A program made the translations under genes and the position numbers. Under the pieces are notes generated by a model. It worked only from the letters and a program-made list of their open reading frames with translations, made no database searches and was not told the origin of the DNA. From NCBI GenBank assembly GCA_964016885.1, contig OZ024741.1:174716001-174780000 (forward strand): 64,000 bases of DNA. Reading direction: 5' to 3'. Positions 27,770 through 43,160 of this stretch are shown here, one piece after another; the first letter of the stretch is position 1, and every line of letters starts with the position of its first letter. This stretch comes from Eledone cirrhosa. Its lineage: Eukaryota.

Positions 27770-28118
27770 TATTGTTATAAACATTAGTATAGCTGATATT
27801 GTTATAAATATATATTAGTACGGCTGATATTGTTATAAATATATTTTAGTATGGCTGATATTGTTATAAACATATATCAGAAAGGCTGATATTGTTATAA
27901 ATGTACATTATTATGGCTGATATTGTTATAAACATATATTAGTATAGTTGATATTGTTATATACATGTATCATTATAGCTGATATTGTTATAAATATATA
28001 TTAGTATAGTTGATATTGTTATATACATATATTGGTATAGTTGATATTGTTATAAACATATTAGTATAGCTGATATTGTTATAAATATATTTGTAAGGTT
28101 GATATTTTTATAAATATA
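27770..28118. repeat. ~31-bp minisatellite (TATTGTTATAAATATATATTAGTATAGCTGA)
   Basis: About 11 copies beginning within the exon 2 donor site. Confidence 0.9.
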
Positions 28119-28334
28119 TATAAGTAAACAGACATAGTTAAGGTGTTAACCTTCGCTTTACAGTTTCAATTTTTATATTTACAAATCAAGCATGACTGGC
28201 TAAAAAGTTCACTTTAGAACCACATGGTTTCAAGTTCAGTCTAACTGCATTGGGCAAGTGCCTTTTACTCTAGCATCGGACCGATTAATGCCTTTTGAAT
28301 GAATTTGGTAGAAGGGAAGTATAAGGATGACTGT

Positions 28335-28375
<41 letters not shown>

Positions 28376-28725
28376 CATCTGTTTTTCTGTGTTGGACGAG
28401 TTGCCACTATTTCGGCTTATATAGATATATACACACACTTTCTTTTAATTTCTTTTGCATATTCATTCACAAGGCATTAGTCAGCTTAATGATGTAGTAG
28501 AAGACAGTGCTCAAGGTACCATGCAGTGGGATAGAACCTGAAATCATGTGGTTAGAAAACAAACATTTTTATTACGCTACATGCAGGCCTGCACTTTACA
28601 TTTCCTAAATCAAATTTCATTTATATTAGAATCTCAACTATTAAATTCAAACATTAACAGTTACCTTTGCTTTCTTTTGACACTTTCACAAATAGATTAT
28701 TACTATATAATATGGTGTGTTTCAG

Positions 28726-28930
28726 GTGAGAATATAAACATTTGCTGGTCACCAGATGGCAGCACTATTGCTGTCGGGAACAAAGAGGACCTCATCACTT
28801 TTATAGATGCCCGTACACATCGCTCTCGAGCTGAGGAACAATTCAAGTTTGAAGTAAATGAGATCTCCTGGAACAATGAAGGAGATTTATTTTTCTTAAC
28901 TAGTGGCCAAGGAAGCATTCACATTCTTAG
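28726..28930 (+). CDS. THOC3: THOC3 coding exon 3
   Basis: tttcag|GT GAG; GENINICWSPDGSTIAVGNKEDLITFIDARTHRSRAEEQFKFEVNEISWNNEGDLFFLTSGQGSIHIL; AG|gtaatc; 205 nt. Confidence 0.95.
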
Positions 28931-29348
28931 GTAATCAAAGTTTCTTTAAATGTTGTATTTTTAAGGTGGGAGATGACAGGTAACCAAGTCAATAGGTTGT
29001 TGAAGTGGTCAACTCTGACCAAAATATATTCAAAACTTATCACAACTTGTTTTAATCCTGTTTCACTATGATAAAGGTTTTAAGCCCAAAATATTGTTAG
29101 AGAAATGTGCCTTTATTTTATTAAGAAGAATATTTGAATTGTCTTAACTTCTTTTATTCCCATGTATCTATATATTTATCATCATCATCTCTATTTAACA
29201 TCTATTTACCCGTTACATTTATGACATAATACATATAATAATCCAAACTCAGAAATTGGTCATCTCTTATAGATTGCTATCACTAAAAAATTAAGAATAT
29301 TTTCAATTTCATACATGATTTTCTTTTTTATCTTTGATTCTTTTTCAG

Positions 29349-29510
29349 TTATCCTGATTTAAAATTGCAGTATGTCTTAAACGCCCATCCAGCTAATTGT
29401 ATATGTATTGAATTTGATCCAACTGGCTCATATTTTGCTACAGGAAGTGCAGATGCTTTGGTTAGTCTTTGGGATGTAGACCAATTAGTGTGTGTTCGCA
29501 CATTTGCTAG
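29349..29510 (+). CDS. THOC3: THOC3 coding exon 4
   Basis: tttttcag|T; SYPDLKLQYVLNAHPANCICIEFDPTGSYFATGSADALVSLWDVDQLVCVRTFA; AG|gtgagt; 162 nt. Confidence 0.95.
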
Positions 29511-30828
29511 GTGAGTGTGTACAGTATGTACTTTATCTAAAGTGTTGATAATCACCCCCTTGAGAAATTCATTATCATCAAGCTGGCATGGATTGGACGA
29601 GATGTTTTAAGATAATGTTTACAGTAGGATGCTCTTACTGATGACAACCCTTTTAGTTGCCTCTTACCACACACACGGATATGGTGTAAATATTCTAAAG
29701 ACCTGGATACATACGTGTCATGTATATATTCTTATTTTTTACTGTTTAGTCAGGGACAGAAGGGTAGTGCCCATAAAACATTTGAAGGACTCCAAGGCTA
29801 GTGGGAGAGAGGAAACTATCCTTAAACTGGAGACCTGGCCCAAATGCTTGCAACAAAATAAACTCTGCTATACCCAAGTAGGCCACAGTAAGATTTTGAG
29901 CTGAGATCAGAAAGAACCAGTACAAATACTGCAAAACCTCTTGTTTGACATTTTAACAATTCTGCTAATCCACCACCTTCAGCTGGGACAGTATTTTACT
30001 GACCCTGAAAGTGGGAGTTAAACTTAGAATATTGAGAAACAAAGACTACAAGACATCCCATCTACTATTTTTTGTTGACTCCAAAAGCTAAGTTGGCCTC
30101 AGAGAAATTTGAACTCAGGGTGCTGAGACACAAAAGTGATCTCACAAGAGCAGGCATCTGGCTGTAAAACACTACCTCAAAAATATCTGCCAGTCATACT
30201 AGCATGGAAAAGCAGACATAAAATGAATGATAATGGTAGCAGTAGTGTTGGCAGTAGTACCTCCACCTCCATTTGTATATCAATATGCAAATGTGGCTGA
30301 TCAGCCCATGTATGTAGGCTTCTAAACTATGTTTTAGCTTATATTAAGTTCCAGCAGTAAGCAGGTCAGGGAGAGCTAGCTTGATTACGACCAGAGTCAG
30401 AAATGATGATGTCATCATTGCTGGTTACCTGTACTCAGCTGCTGTTGGAACACTAGATGGCGCTACAACATCAGTTTTCAAATTCATAGCCGAAGGCTTT
30501 CAAAATGTTTATTTATAAACATTTATAAACATACCGTATAATGCCAGATATACAACTTCACGTATTTCATATACATATATGTGCGTATATATAAAGTCCC
30601 AGCAGGTAAAAGCGATGATAATTATATGTATTCATGTATAAGTCACACCAGTAGATAAATTTTACATACAACTTTTACGATGTAGCATATATTTTAAATT
30701 GAGGTTTTTCACATTGTGATTTTGTGAGAAAAGGTGTGACTTCCACACGTGTATAGACAGTAAGTAATACACTTTTATTGCTGGGTAACTGGCTAATATT
30801 TTTTACCTTTTTCTGTTTTTCATTGAAG

Positions 30829-30929
30829 ACTTGACTGGCCTGTACGTACTCTGAGTTTTAGTTATGATGGTAAAATGTTAGCCACAGCTTCTGAAGACCT
30901 GGTTATTGATATTGCTGAAGTTGAAACTG
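30829..30929 (+). CDS. THOC3: THOC3 coding exon 5
   Basis: cattgaag|A; RLDWPVRTLSFSYDGKMLATASEDLVIDIAEVET; G|gtaagt; 101 nt. Confidence 0.95.
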
Positions 30930-31014
30930 GTAAGTTATCTCATTCTACATAGCTTCTGTGCAAGGGTGGTGTATTGGTGCAACCACACAACACATCTGTG
31001 CAACTGCAGCACAT

Positions 31015-31203
31015 TTAACCCTTATACATTACTTTATATATACTTTATATTTTCATGAAATCTATGAAATTTTAATATTATTTATTTTGAGAACCATAAC
31101 CATACCTTAACATCAGTATGAGTGGCCAGTTTCAGCTGGTTTGAACAGAAAGAGGTGTGAGAATTCTGGCCGGATACGGCCGGTTTATATGCTAAAGGGT
31201 TAA
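31015..31203. mobile_element. TTAA MITE inserted in a ~20-bp minisatellite in THOC3 intron 5
   Basis: TTAACCCTT...AAAGGGTTAA; GTGCAACTGCAGCACAT-like units on both sides (30977-31014 and 31218-31330). Confidence 0.8.
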
Positions 31204-31784
31204 GCAATAACAAAACCTGTGCAACTGCAATACATTTGTGTAACTACAGTATATTTGTGCAATGACAGAGCATATGTGAAACCACAGCATATCTGTGCAA
31301 TTGCAGTACATTTATGTAACCACAGTTCATTTCTGCATTCCGGGAATAAAGATGGTCATCTCTATATTGTTACAGTTGTGTTAGCTCTCTATTAAGATGG
31401 TCATTTATGCTATCACAATTACATTATTTCTCTATTAAGATAGGCATTTCTGTGTCACACTTGTGTTAGTTCTCTGTTAAAATATGCATTTCTCTGTCAC
31501 ATTTTGTTAGTCATTTTAGTCCAAGATCTTATATGAAATAAAAAAGATATTGAAGTTTATAGAAGAGAAAGTCTTTTTTTTTCATCTGCAGTTGTAGCTA
31601 ACTGTTTTAAGGATTAGTCTAGTTCCTTTATGGACCTCAAACATAAGTATACAATTTCTAATAAAAAAAGAGAATGTACATAATCTGGTGTATCTGTCTT
31701 CACACATCATCATCATCATCGTTTAACGTCTATCTTCCACGCTAGCATGGGTTTAGATATGTATATATATATATACATAAACGA

Positions 31785-32318
31785 GTTGAGAGGAGAGAAG
31801 GTTGCGTTGGTATAGACATGTGATGTGTATGAAGGATGACAGCTGCATAAAAAGGTGCAGAGCACTAGAAGTCGGTGGAAATCGCGGAGTGGGGAGACCT
31901 GTGATGTGGTGATAAAAGCCGACCTTACCCAATTGCACCTCTCAAAGGCGATGACACATGACCGTGACCTCTGGCGTCACGCAGTTATACAGAAGATCCG
32001 ACTCCCCACGGGTACAAGCTGAAGCATATAGACAATATGCCCCCATCCCCTCCCACTGCAAAATGGTCGTGGAGGTGCCATGGCAAAAAAGCACCCAGCC
32101 CACACTGTAAAGTGAACGTGTAGGCGCCATGGGGAAAAAAGCACCCAGCACTCACTGTAAATGAGGTTGGTGTTAGGAAGGGCACCCAGCTGTAGAAATC
32201 AAACCAGAATCAGTTCTCATATGAGCAAGACAAGGTCAGCCGACCGGACACTGCTCACAACAGGACAACCCGTCTAACCCATGCTAGTGTGGAAGAACGA
32301 ACGTGAAACGGTGATGAT
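31785..32318 (+). mobile_element. RTE LINE 3' end (ORF C-terminus, 3' UTR and (GAT)n tail)
   Basis: LRWYRHVMCMKDDSCIKRCRALEVGGNRGVGRP and KADLTQLHLSKAMTHDRDLWRHAV, typical of the RTE C-terminus. Confidence 0.8.
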
Positions 32319-32561
32319 AGAGATAGATAGAGAGAGAGAGAGTGAGAATGGAAACAGCACGGAAGTATATTTAAAGAATCTTTTTTCTTCTTTAATCCAA
32401 CAAAGTGTTATTTTTGAAAAAAGGAGAAAACACTTTTTTTTTTAAAAAGGGGTTTTATAAAACATTACCGGATTCGGTGTAATTACAACATTATGGTGTA
32501 CCTTTTTTAAACTGTGAACAAACCAATATTTCATGTTTTTTATTTTTATTTTCTTTCAAAG

Positions 32562-32719
32562 GTCAAAAAGTAACTGAAATACCCTGTGAAACTCCCACCT
32601 TTACAGTTGCTTGGCACCCAAAACGGTATCTGTTAGCATTTGCTTGTGATGATAAACATGATCGAGGAGATCGCGATTCAGGCATGGTTAAGATTTATGG
32701 ATTTCCAAATGATTCTTAA
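32562..32719 (+). CDS. THOC3: THOC3 coding exon 6 (terminal)
   Basis: tttcaaag|GT; GQKVTEIPCETPTFTVAWHPKRYLLAFACDDKHDRGDRDSGMVKIYGFPNDS*. The six exons sum to 960 nt (319 aa plus stop) with consistent phases. Confidence 0.95.
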
Positions 32720-32797
32720 TTTCCAGTCTGAAGAACATTCAATTTTTATTTATTTAAATACCTTCATTCATGTTCATACATGTTTGGCCCTGTCTTA

Positions 32798-33110
32798 TAG
32801 CAACAGAGTTGACAATTGCTGCTACTATCTTGTAGCAACACTGTTTGCAATGTTGCTATTGCCATGTGGCAACACTACAACGTTGCTAAAAATAAACATC
32901 ATCCATTGTTTCCATCAGAAAAAAATATTTTTAAATATTAATATTGTGATTAAATTGATAAAATCTGTTTAATGCATAAATATCTTGCTATTGTCATGTA
33001 GCAACACAATTTGCAATGTTGCTACTGTCATGTAGCAATACTGTTTGCACTGTTGCTATTGCCATGTAGCAATACTGTTTCCAATGTTGCTATTGCCATG
33101 TAGTAACACA
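32798..33110. repeat. 34-bp palindromic tandem repeat in and after the THOC3 3' UTR
   Basis: Unit ATGTTGCTATTGCCATGTAGCAACACTGTTTGCA; clusters at 32798-32888 and 32985-33110. Confidence 0.85.
32891..32896 (+). terminator. Candidate polyadenylation signal of THOC3
   Basis: AATAAA about 170 nt after the stop; ATTAAA at 32949-32954. Confidence 0.5.
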
Positions 33111-36100
33111 GTTCCTGGCATCAATTTATAAAGGATAGGCTGTATATACAATTAAATTTTAATGCTTTGTCCACAGTATTACATGGTGGGAATAGCATTC
33201 AGTTATATAAAAGAATTTAAAGCTTAGCTTTATACAATGCAGGATAGCTGGAAACATTAACAAATACATCAACAAAACTGTTAGTTTACTGGTACTGAAA
33301 ACATAAGAAACCCTAAGATGCAGAGAAAGTTGTTGTTTGTATTGCAAACTGTCCAACCATATGAACATGAAGAAATGGCTGTAAAACACAAGACAAGGAT
33401 AATGATTGTGCAGAAACATTTGCTAAATTGCATCAATATATAAATTAACATCTTCTTTACCCACTTGTTCCTGAGAGGGTCCTCAAACATTCTTTCTAGC
33501 GGGTCCTGTCAGAAACAGCCATTTCCAACTTATGCAGCTGGATTCCCAAGTGAGACCAGCTGAGCTCATGGATGTTTTCCAACCATCTTGCTTAGGATCT
33601 ACTCCCGGGTCCCCTGCTGGCTGGTTTTGCCCATAAAATCTGTCCAGCAATTATTTCTTGAGTCATTCTAACCACATGCATATTGGAGCTGTGATCTCTC
33701 AATTTGGAGAAGTAGTGGCTCTACCTGGAGTGACTCTGATCTCCAAACTATGCACTCTATTGTAAAGGGGACGTGTAGGTGCGACGGAAAAAAAGCACCC
33801 AGCACTCACTGTAAATGGGGTTGGTGTTAGGAAGGGCATCCAGCTGTAGAAACCAAGCCAGAATCAGTTCCCGTATGAGCAAGACAAGGTCAGCCGACTG
33901 GACACTGCCCACAACAGGACAACCCATCTAACCCATGCTAGTGTGGAAGAACGGACGTAAAACGATGATGATGATGAAATTGGTCAAGTCTTTACTGTTA
34001 AACAAAATGTATTGCTGCCTTTGTTCCAGTTCTCTGCACTCTTCAGTTCAAATCCTGCTGTGGTTGTCTCAGGGTTGATAAAATGAGGTTCTAGTGGAGG
34101 GCAATACTGGTGGAATTGTTTGTGTTGGACGAAATGCCTTGTAGTATTTGTCTCAGCACTTTGCATTCTGAGTTCAATGGTGTGTTTAAGTGGGTAAGTT
34201 AATCTTTTGTCTCGTTTAACACCACTAGCTGGCCCTTGGGTACATTTGGCAGGGTTCACTCTGTTGCAAGCATTTAAGACAGATTTCCAGTTTAAGGGCA
34301 CCTTCCTTTCTCCCTGCCACCAGTCATAGAAACCTTGAAAAGGGCCATGGGAATTGCCCTTCTTTCTCTGATTAAACAATACAAAAAATTGAAATAACAG
34401 AGACTTTGAATTGTTGTTTATAATCGATTTTTGTTGTATGCATGAAATCAGAAACCCATGTTTCTAGATAAGACACAAATATATTTTTTAGTATTTCTCC
34501 CTGAAAATGGCCATGAGCACTGCCCTTTCTTCCCTTTTTAATTACTGTTTAGATATACTGATATTTGTTAATATCTTTCCAGACTACACAATATCTCATT
34601 GAAGTGGGAAAAGACTAAATAAAAGAATAAGCCATCTTGTTCAACATTGTAAATGTAGTATATGAATTTAACATAATTACACATTCCCTTTGAAAACAAA
34701 TTGGCTTCATAGCTGGATTAAATCATGACATAATCTATACTACAGTAGATATTTCAGAGCCTTCATAAGACATACCTGAAATTATTATCATCATCATTAT
34801 TTTACGTCCGCTTTTCCTTGCTTGCAAGAGTGGGACAGCTCCTCTTCAGCACAACATCTCTCCATTTGTCACGGTCTTTCGGCATCTCTGTAAGCTTCAG
34901 CGATCTGAGGTCAGCTCTCACCACCTCTGCCCATGTTTTTCATGGTCTTCCTCTACTGCATCTTTCTTCCACTGGTTATCTCATTTATTGTTTATAAATA
35001 ACCAATCACAATGGTTTTAACTTCCTCTACCGCATAAAACTACATTAGCAAGACATTCTTGAAAAAGTGAAAAACAGCACTATGATTGGATCACCTTAAA
35101 AATAAAAATCTTTAATCTAATACTGCAAATTTTCACAACAATTTGTCCTCTAGTAGAGAAATTACAAACATTTTTAGACATATTCTGCTAAATGATTAAA
35201 GAGATAAGGTATAATACTTTTGATACTAACCTGTCTGAAGCCACCCTGGTTTTATGTACACAACTGTTCATTTTAAAATGTTTATTCTTATAAAAAATAA
35301 TTTTAAAGAAATGTTTCAAACAGAATCTTACTAAGAAAAAAAAAACTTAGTTATCTCATTAAATTCTTCAAATTTTAAAAATGATTGATACACATAGACA
35401 GTGAAATAGGATAACAAAAAGGTTAACCAGATGATCAGGAGTCCAAATCTTGCTGCATGGCTTTAATGGTGTGATCGTGTGCAAGGTACATAACTCTGCT
35501 TCTCTGAGTGAACAAAAAAAAACTGATTCTACCTCTTATTTCACACTTGAGTTGTGTGTGATAGGAAGGGCATCAATCTGTAAAATAAAATTACTATCAT
35601 AAAAATAAACAATAAAACACTATCCCACCTATAGACATATGAAACTAATATATGTTAAACTATCATTTACAGAGAATCACAGATGGCTAAACTGAGGGTG
35701 CTAGGCTAGCAGCTGAAAAGTTATGGTTTTCTATCCTGCCACCCATATATATATATATATTGCATCTGTGTGTTTTGTATATACAAATGCATTGTGTGTC
35801 TGTATATATATTATATATGTGTGTGCATGTGGCACATCTGGGTCAGCAACCCATATCCTATAGCCTGACATTTCTGCACTGCTGGTCATTCCACATGTCA
35901 GCTCACTACGTTTGGGCTCACATCCTGCACTGGGACTCCAGACATGTGCTACCAGAAGGACCAGCTTAATTTTTTTCTAAATACATCCACCCCTAATGGC
36001 CTAAATGCATTGCTCTCTCTTCCTGTAATCTGCTTTCCGTACCACATTCAGTACCTTCCCATCATCCCCGCACACACCGACACGGATACAACATTGCTGT

Positions 36101-39100
36101 ACCACAATATATATGTATATGTATTGTGTGTGTATATATTATATAGGTGTATAATAAATCCAAATCTTAAATTGTTTAATGTAATGCTCCCATGCCACAC
36201 TAAAAGAAATATGTGGCTCATTAACTGCTGAGGTAATGCTAGCATATAAACATGAAAGTAGTGGGATTTTGAGCCATTGTTATTTTATTTAATAAAGATT
36301 TTTAAAAAAAGTTTGCAAAACATCAGCTGCTCCTAATTTCTTATAAGCCAGTGACCTTGGTGTTAGTACTCTGTTGCCAAATGCCTTAAATCTGGTAAAA
36401 GATAAAACTGCTCAAGTTTCATTTTTTAATCTATTTTATATAGTCTTTAAGTAATTTATTCTGATTCATTAATGTAATATATTTTCTTAGTGGTTGTGTA
36501 GGTGTCACAACAGAAACGCCCAGTCCACTCTGTAAAGTGGTTGTGTAGGTGTCATAACAATAAGCACCCAGCACACACTGTAAATATGGTTGGCATTAGG
36601 AAAGGTATCCAGCTGTAGAAGACAAGACAAAATCAGTTCTGTGTATGCAAATCAAGGACTTCTGATCTGATCTCTCACAAAAGGACTGCCTGTCCTACCC
36701 ATGCTAGTGTGGAAAATGGACGTTAAATGATGATGAAACAGCAGATATGTTTTAAATTTAAAACATTTTGTATTCTGCAAATATAGAAAATTATTATTGT
36801 ACTGATGCCAAGACTCTCTCATCACCTGGGCACATTGGGCAGTTTATTTTTGTTTAGTAGGTCTGGGGGGACTGATATCATTAATGTTCTGTTTAAACTG
36901 TTGTAATCCACTTTTTGTAGAAAGGCATGAATAGAGAGAGCTGCTGTGGGTGTAGCAGTTAGTATGAGGCTTGGTGAGCTGGAGATGGATAGAGAGGGGT
37001 TGTGGGCATAGGAGTTAGTGTAGGGTCTGGTGGGTTGGAGATGAACAGAGGGGGATGTTCTGGGCATGAAAGAGTAAGTGTGATTAATGGGAGGCCTGGT
37101 TGGTTGGACAAATCATGGGTGATGAACGGAAGAGAGATGAGCAAATTAGGAATGCCTGAGGTGTGGGAGTAGCATGAGATCAGCAAGCTCCAAGGAGCAG
37201 AGACCATTATAGTAGCAGTGGAAGAGGCTGCATGTTTGTGAGCCAGTGGCTGGAGAGTGAATGTGGGTAGCAGAAACCATTGAAACAGTAGAAGAGGTAG
37301 GAGACTGGAGAGAGTGTTTGAATAAATTTATGTCCATTAACTAAGTAGCAGAACTCAATTATAGATCAAACCTGAACTTAGTTGATGTCCAGTAATTACT
37401 GGAGGTTAACGTAATTTTTCACTCTGAAGAGAAAGGCCAGTCATTGAGATGGTCCTATGTTAAGAATGTGCATTTGCAATGAAAGATCTTCAGTGATTGT
37501 GAGGGCTCTAGTTGCAGGCTGTCCATGGGGAAATAATGTATTCTTGAAATGAGCAGTGCTTAAGTTATTTTGATGTTGAAAGATAATAAATGCTGTGGCC
37601 CCCAATTTTGGATGATGCTTTTAAAGTCTCTGTTCACGGAATCAGTACAGGATTTGCATGTAGATGATGCTCGGTTAGAAAAGGTTCTGAAAGAATGAAG
37701 GTTAGTATTATCTGATGTAAACAATGAAGAATATGAGAGATCAAACTGAACCCAGAGTTTGATAAAATATGAGAGAGTGAACAGAGTCCACACACTGCAA
37801 AAATCTGATATGATAGGAAGCTACCCATCCAACATGACAAGTGGATGAAGCCCATAGAAGTGCAGTTTTAACCCACTCATACTGATGTTAAGGTATTGTT
37901 CTCAAAATAAATAATATCAAAATCTCGTAAATTCAATATCGTGTGAGATAAAGTGTTTTCCATGAAATTATAATAGTATATATAGAGTAATGTAAATGCT
38001 TAAAGGGTTAAGAGGAGATTCACATGTTAGACAGTCGAAAGCATTGCTGATGTTAACCATTTAATGTTCAAACCGGCTAGGATTCTGTTGAAACTGGCTA
38101 TAACCGGTTGCTAAGGTATTATTCTCAAAATAAATACTTTCAAAATCTCATAGATTCGATATTATGTGAGATAATTATGCGAGGTAAAGCCTTTATCATG
38201 AAATTATAATAGCATATATAGAGTAATGAAAATGTTAAAGGGGAGATTCACATGTTAGACACAGTCAAAAGCTTTGCTGATGTTAAGGAGAAACAACACT
38301 TATCACCCAATTACTCTAAGCCTCCTGTAGATTGATAGGCAAGAGTAGGTCAAAATACTGAAGCTTCCTCTTCATTACTGTTTCACTGTTTCAACCAACT
38401 GTCGTTTGGCACCAATCTCTTCCAGAACAGATTCATTTGTTCTGTGAGCTGTCCAGCTAATTCTAAGTGCATGCCTATAGCATAACATTTTAAATGTACT
38501 CAGTCATTTCAAGTCCATGACTCAGATATAGAGCTACCGGCTACACTAATGTTTTGATTACTTTCTTTTTTGTGGACTTTGTAAAAGCTATTAATCATCT
38601 ACAAAAATTATCCTGATCAATTTATTCATTATCCTTGTGTAACTGGTTTAGAACAGGCACACATTATTTCTGCGTGTTGTGAGAGGCAACTAAAAGAGTT
38701 GGCACCAGGAAGCGCATCTGGGTGTAAAACATTGTCACAAAAAGTACATATTGTAAAGTGTTTGGTAAACAAATTAAAACAACAAAATATAGCGAAGGCA
38801 TTTTAGACATGCCAAGAACATGAAACCCTGAATACACTCTGTAAAGTGTTTGATGAATTAATTGAGACAGCATAGATTAAAATTAAAAATAAATAATGGT
38901 TTCTGATTTAGGCACAAGGCTAACAATTTTGGGGGAGAGGAAAGTCGATTAAATTGACCTCAGTGCATGACTGGTACTGTATTTTATCGACCTCGTAAGG
39001 ATGAAAGGCAAAGCTAACCTTGACAAGATTTAGAAATAAATGATTGTTTCTCCTTTTGGCACAAGGCCAGTAATTACTGGTGCTTATTTTATCGACCTCA

Positions 39101-39692
39101 TAAGGATGAAAAGCAAAGTAAACCTTGGCAGGAATTGAACTCAGACTGTAAAGGAACGCAACTCTATGCTGCAAAGCATGGCATCCGACCCTCTACAGAT
39201 ACTGCCAATCTACCACCCTGTATTTAGAAATAAATAATATTACATGTTTAGACAGAAACACCTGGAACAAATACACTTAAAAGAAAGAAAAAACCCAGAT
39301 GTATGGTAAAAGACAAATTTTATTTTATCATTGCGTCCTTTTTTGTTATTTAATTTTTTGGTTTGTTCAAAACAACATGTAATTACAGGAAAAAAAGAAT
39401 TCCCTCAATCCCCCTACCCTTTCCTTTCCAAGCAACATAATTTAAAAAAAAAAAGAAAACAAATTTTTAAAAATTAAGAGACTTCAGAAAACAGTTCATA
39501 TTGGAACAATATGAAGAACTGTATTAAGTGATTATTATTACAAGAATATATAGGAAGGTGAAGCAAAGAAATACTTCTGTTGAGGTACTGTTCACAGTGT
39601 AGCTCAAACAAAAGTATTTCGTATTTTTGAAGACTGGCATTTTTGATATGAGTTTCATATGTTTTCATTATCATTGAAATCATATATATATA

Positions 39693-40064
39693 TATAAAGA
39701 ATTCAAAGTTTGAAAGGTACAACAATGCAGGTTTGGATGGAAAAAATCAATCGGAAGAAACGGGGGTTGTTTTTTTTTACCTTAATTTATTCATCTGTCC
39801 TAATATTTCAAGATTAATATCTCTTCTTCTGGGGAAAATAAAGGAACTATTCCAGTGTCCGATGTGGCTTGCTATACCATGTTGGCCAGAAATGATTGGA
39901 CACTGGAATAGTTCCTTTATTTTCCTAGGAAGAAGAGATATTAATTTCAAAATATTAGGACATATGAATAAATTAAGGTAAAAAAACAAGCCCTGTTTCT
40001 TATAATTGATTTTTTTTCGTCCAAACCCACATTGTCTTACCTTTCAAACTTCGAATTCTTTATA
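39693..40064. mobile_element. ~370-bp palindromic MITE with TA-type flanks
   Basis: TATAAAGAATTCAAAGTTTGAAAGGTA ... TACCTTTCAAACTTCGAATTCTTTATA; arms ~170 bp, loop ~30 nt. Confidence 0.85.
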
Positions 40065-40100
40065 CCATATACAATGCTTCAAGTAAACTACAAATTCCTT

Positions 40101-40140
<40 letters not shown>

Positions 40141-41289
40141 TTATACATACAAATACACACACACTCACACACTCACATATATATATACATATACATACAC
40201 ATATTTATATATGCATACTCTGTAAAGTAGTAGGTAATAGGAAGGGCATCCAGCTGTAAAAAAACCTGCCAAACAAAGTGTTAGGAGGACTCTTCTTTAG
40301 TTGTATCAAGGACAAGACAATCTCTCTAGTGCTGGTGTCATAATCAAATACACTTTGTAGTGCACAGGATTATATGTAAGGGAGTCGTGGACTGCCGGCC
40401 TGTCTAACTACGCAGCAGTGTGCAGGTAGACAAGCTCCAGACCTACTGTGGGGTCAGTACAAACCTAGTCTCTTGAAGACTTGTTCAACCCTTGCTAGCA
40501 GGGAAAACAGGCATTAAATGATGATGATAATGACACACACACACACATATATATATATAAATATTGAAGCAATTTGATATATTAGTTAAAAATGTGAATG
40601 TGTCTGTGTATGTATAAAGGAGGAAATGAAATTAATTTTCAAGACTGAGCATGTGGTTCATTTCAACCTCTCTTTCTCTCTCTCTCTCTCTTACACATAC
40701 TGACACGTGTGTGTGTGTATAAAATGGATGGATGGCAGAATCAGTTGAGCTAATATTAGTTTCAGCTGCATTTATCTTAATAACTCAAATTATATATATA
40801 TATAGAGAGAGAGAGTGAGTGAGATGTAGTTCTTAAGGCTCACACCTGCATAGATTTAGCTGGCATCCCATAAGATTGTATCTCAGAAGGTCTCGTGGGC
40901 ATTGTAATGATAGGGGCATCAGTCCTATAATAATATATATATATATATATACACACACAAACTAACAGTGAATTAACTAAAGCTTAATGTTGAAATTAGA
41001 AAACAAAACTTGCTATAAGTGATTAAACAGCAAGCAAGGGAGATAAATCCAATAATATGAGCTACTTGTAATTCCAAAGATAATCTGTTTAGTGAAGTCT
41101 TCCTACTCAAAATATTACACAGGTGAAATCCTACTCCATGTTTGTGTATGTAATGTATTCATATTTAATATTAATAGGATAAAAGGTAAAATGAATTTGG
41201 GCGGAATTTCAATTCAGAATGTAATCAAATACCCCACAGTATTTTGTTGCTCTATTGATTCTGCCATCTATCCACCATTTTATACACAC

Positions 41290-43160
<1,871 letters not shown>

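Noticed and set aside
28548-28934. 128-aa ORF as a stand-alone gene (also 32640-32972)
   Set aside because: Only 28726-28930 is THOC3 exon 3; the 32640 ORF is an off-frame overlap of exon 6 and the 3' UTR.
39733-39989. Two similar ORFs on opposite strands
   Set aside because: Mirror translations of one palindromic MITE.
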